Below the pieces are notes generated by a model. That model was not told where the DNA came from. It saw only the letters and a list, made by a program, of their open reading frames with translations, and ran no database searches. Positions 63,864-64,000 of a stretch of DNA of 64,000 nt are shown one piece after another. The stretch is from Candidatus Omnitrophota bacterium (lineage in GTDB: Bacteria > Omnitrophota > Gorgyraeia > Gygaellales > Profunditerraquicolaceae): assembly GCA_041663665.1 (NCBI GenBank), contig JBAYMG010000004.1:8559-72558 (forward strand), read 5' to 3'. Each line of letters starts with the position of its first letter. Positions within the stretch are counted from its first letter, which is position 1. The translations under genes were made by a program, and so were the position numbers.

Positions 63864-64000
63864 ATGCCCGGATTAAATCTTAAAAATCTCCTTGCTCAAA
63901 GTAATTGGAATAATCTTGGGCTTAAAAAACGCGCCGGGGTATTATTCCCCTTATTTACTTCTTATTCTAAAGATAGTTTTGGGATCGGGGATTTGGGTGA
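63864..64000 (+). CDS. malQ: 4-alpha-glucanotransferase (amylomaltase), N-terminal fragment (continues beyond window)
   Basis: 'RAGVLFPLFTSYSKDSFGIGDLG' matches MalQ N-terminal motif. Confidence 0.55.
   Translation, partial: MPGLNLKNLLAQSNWNNLGLKKRAGVLFPLFTSYSKDSFGIGDLG

Overview
This 64-kb window is from an AT-rich (~38% GC) genome, probably an anaerobic bacterium, with nearly all genes on the + strand. lpxB, an MsbA-like exporter and the type IV prepilin peptidase pilD suggest a diderm envelope. From the sequence I infer an H2-evolving fermentative lifestyle. The first ~28 kb is a hydrogen/energy-metabolism block: (1) an Ech-type energy-converting [NiFe] hydrogenase operon echABCDEF, with hypA and a HypC-radical-SAM fusion; (2) an ExbB/ExbD-like proton-channel pair; (3) the F1Fo ATP synthase operon atpBEFHAGDC; (4) the Rex redox repressor; (5) a trimeric electron-bifurcating-type [FeFe] hydrogenase (hydC, an extra 2Fe-2S subunit, hydB, hydA), followed by a TM1266-like small regulator and the maturases hydG-hydE-hydF; (6) NfnAB-like (SudBA/GltD-like) subunits and a GltB-FMN-domain protein. 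Downstream are an unknown protein plus an HD-GYP protein that share an N-terminal domain, then pyrG, carA and an N-terminal half of carB, a beta-CASP MBL ribonuclease, an L27-like protein, an M48 protease and lpxB with a Gfo/Idh/MocA oxidoreductase (both on the - strand). After those come msbA, rpsB-tsf-pyrH-frr, three tRNAs (Lys-TTT, Leu-TAG, Gly-GCC), ptsN-yvcK-ptsH-ptsI, a sugar nucleotidyltransferase, metK-ahcY, pfkA plus a putative class II aldolase, ilvD-ilvB-ilvN-ilvC, leuA, aroE, pilD and the start of malQ. No CRISPR array, rRNA or recognisable mobile element was seen. The most unusual items are (a) a HypC domain fused to a HydE-like radical SAM enzyme inside the [NiFe] ech/hyp cluster, with a second canonical HydE in the hydGEF cluster, and (b) the Ech small subunit (NuoB-like) carrying a C-terminal GNAT acetyltransferase domain.
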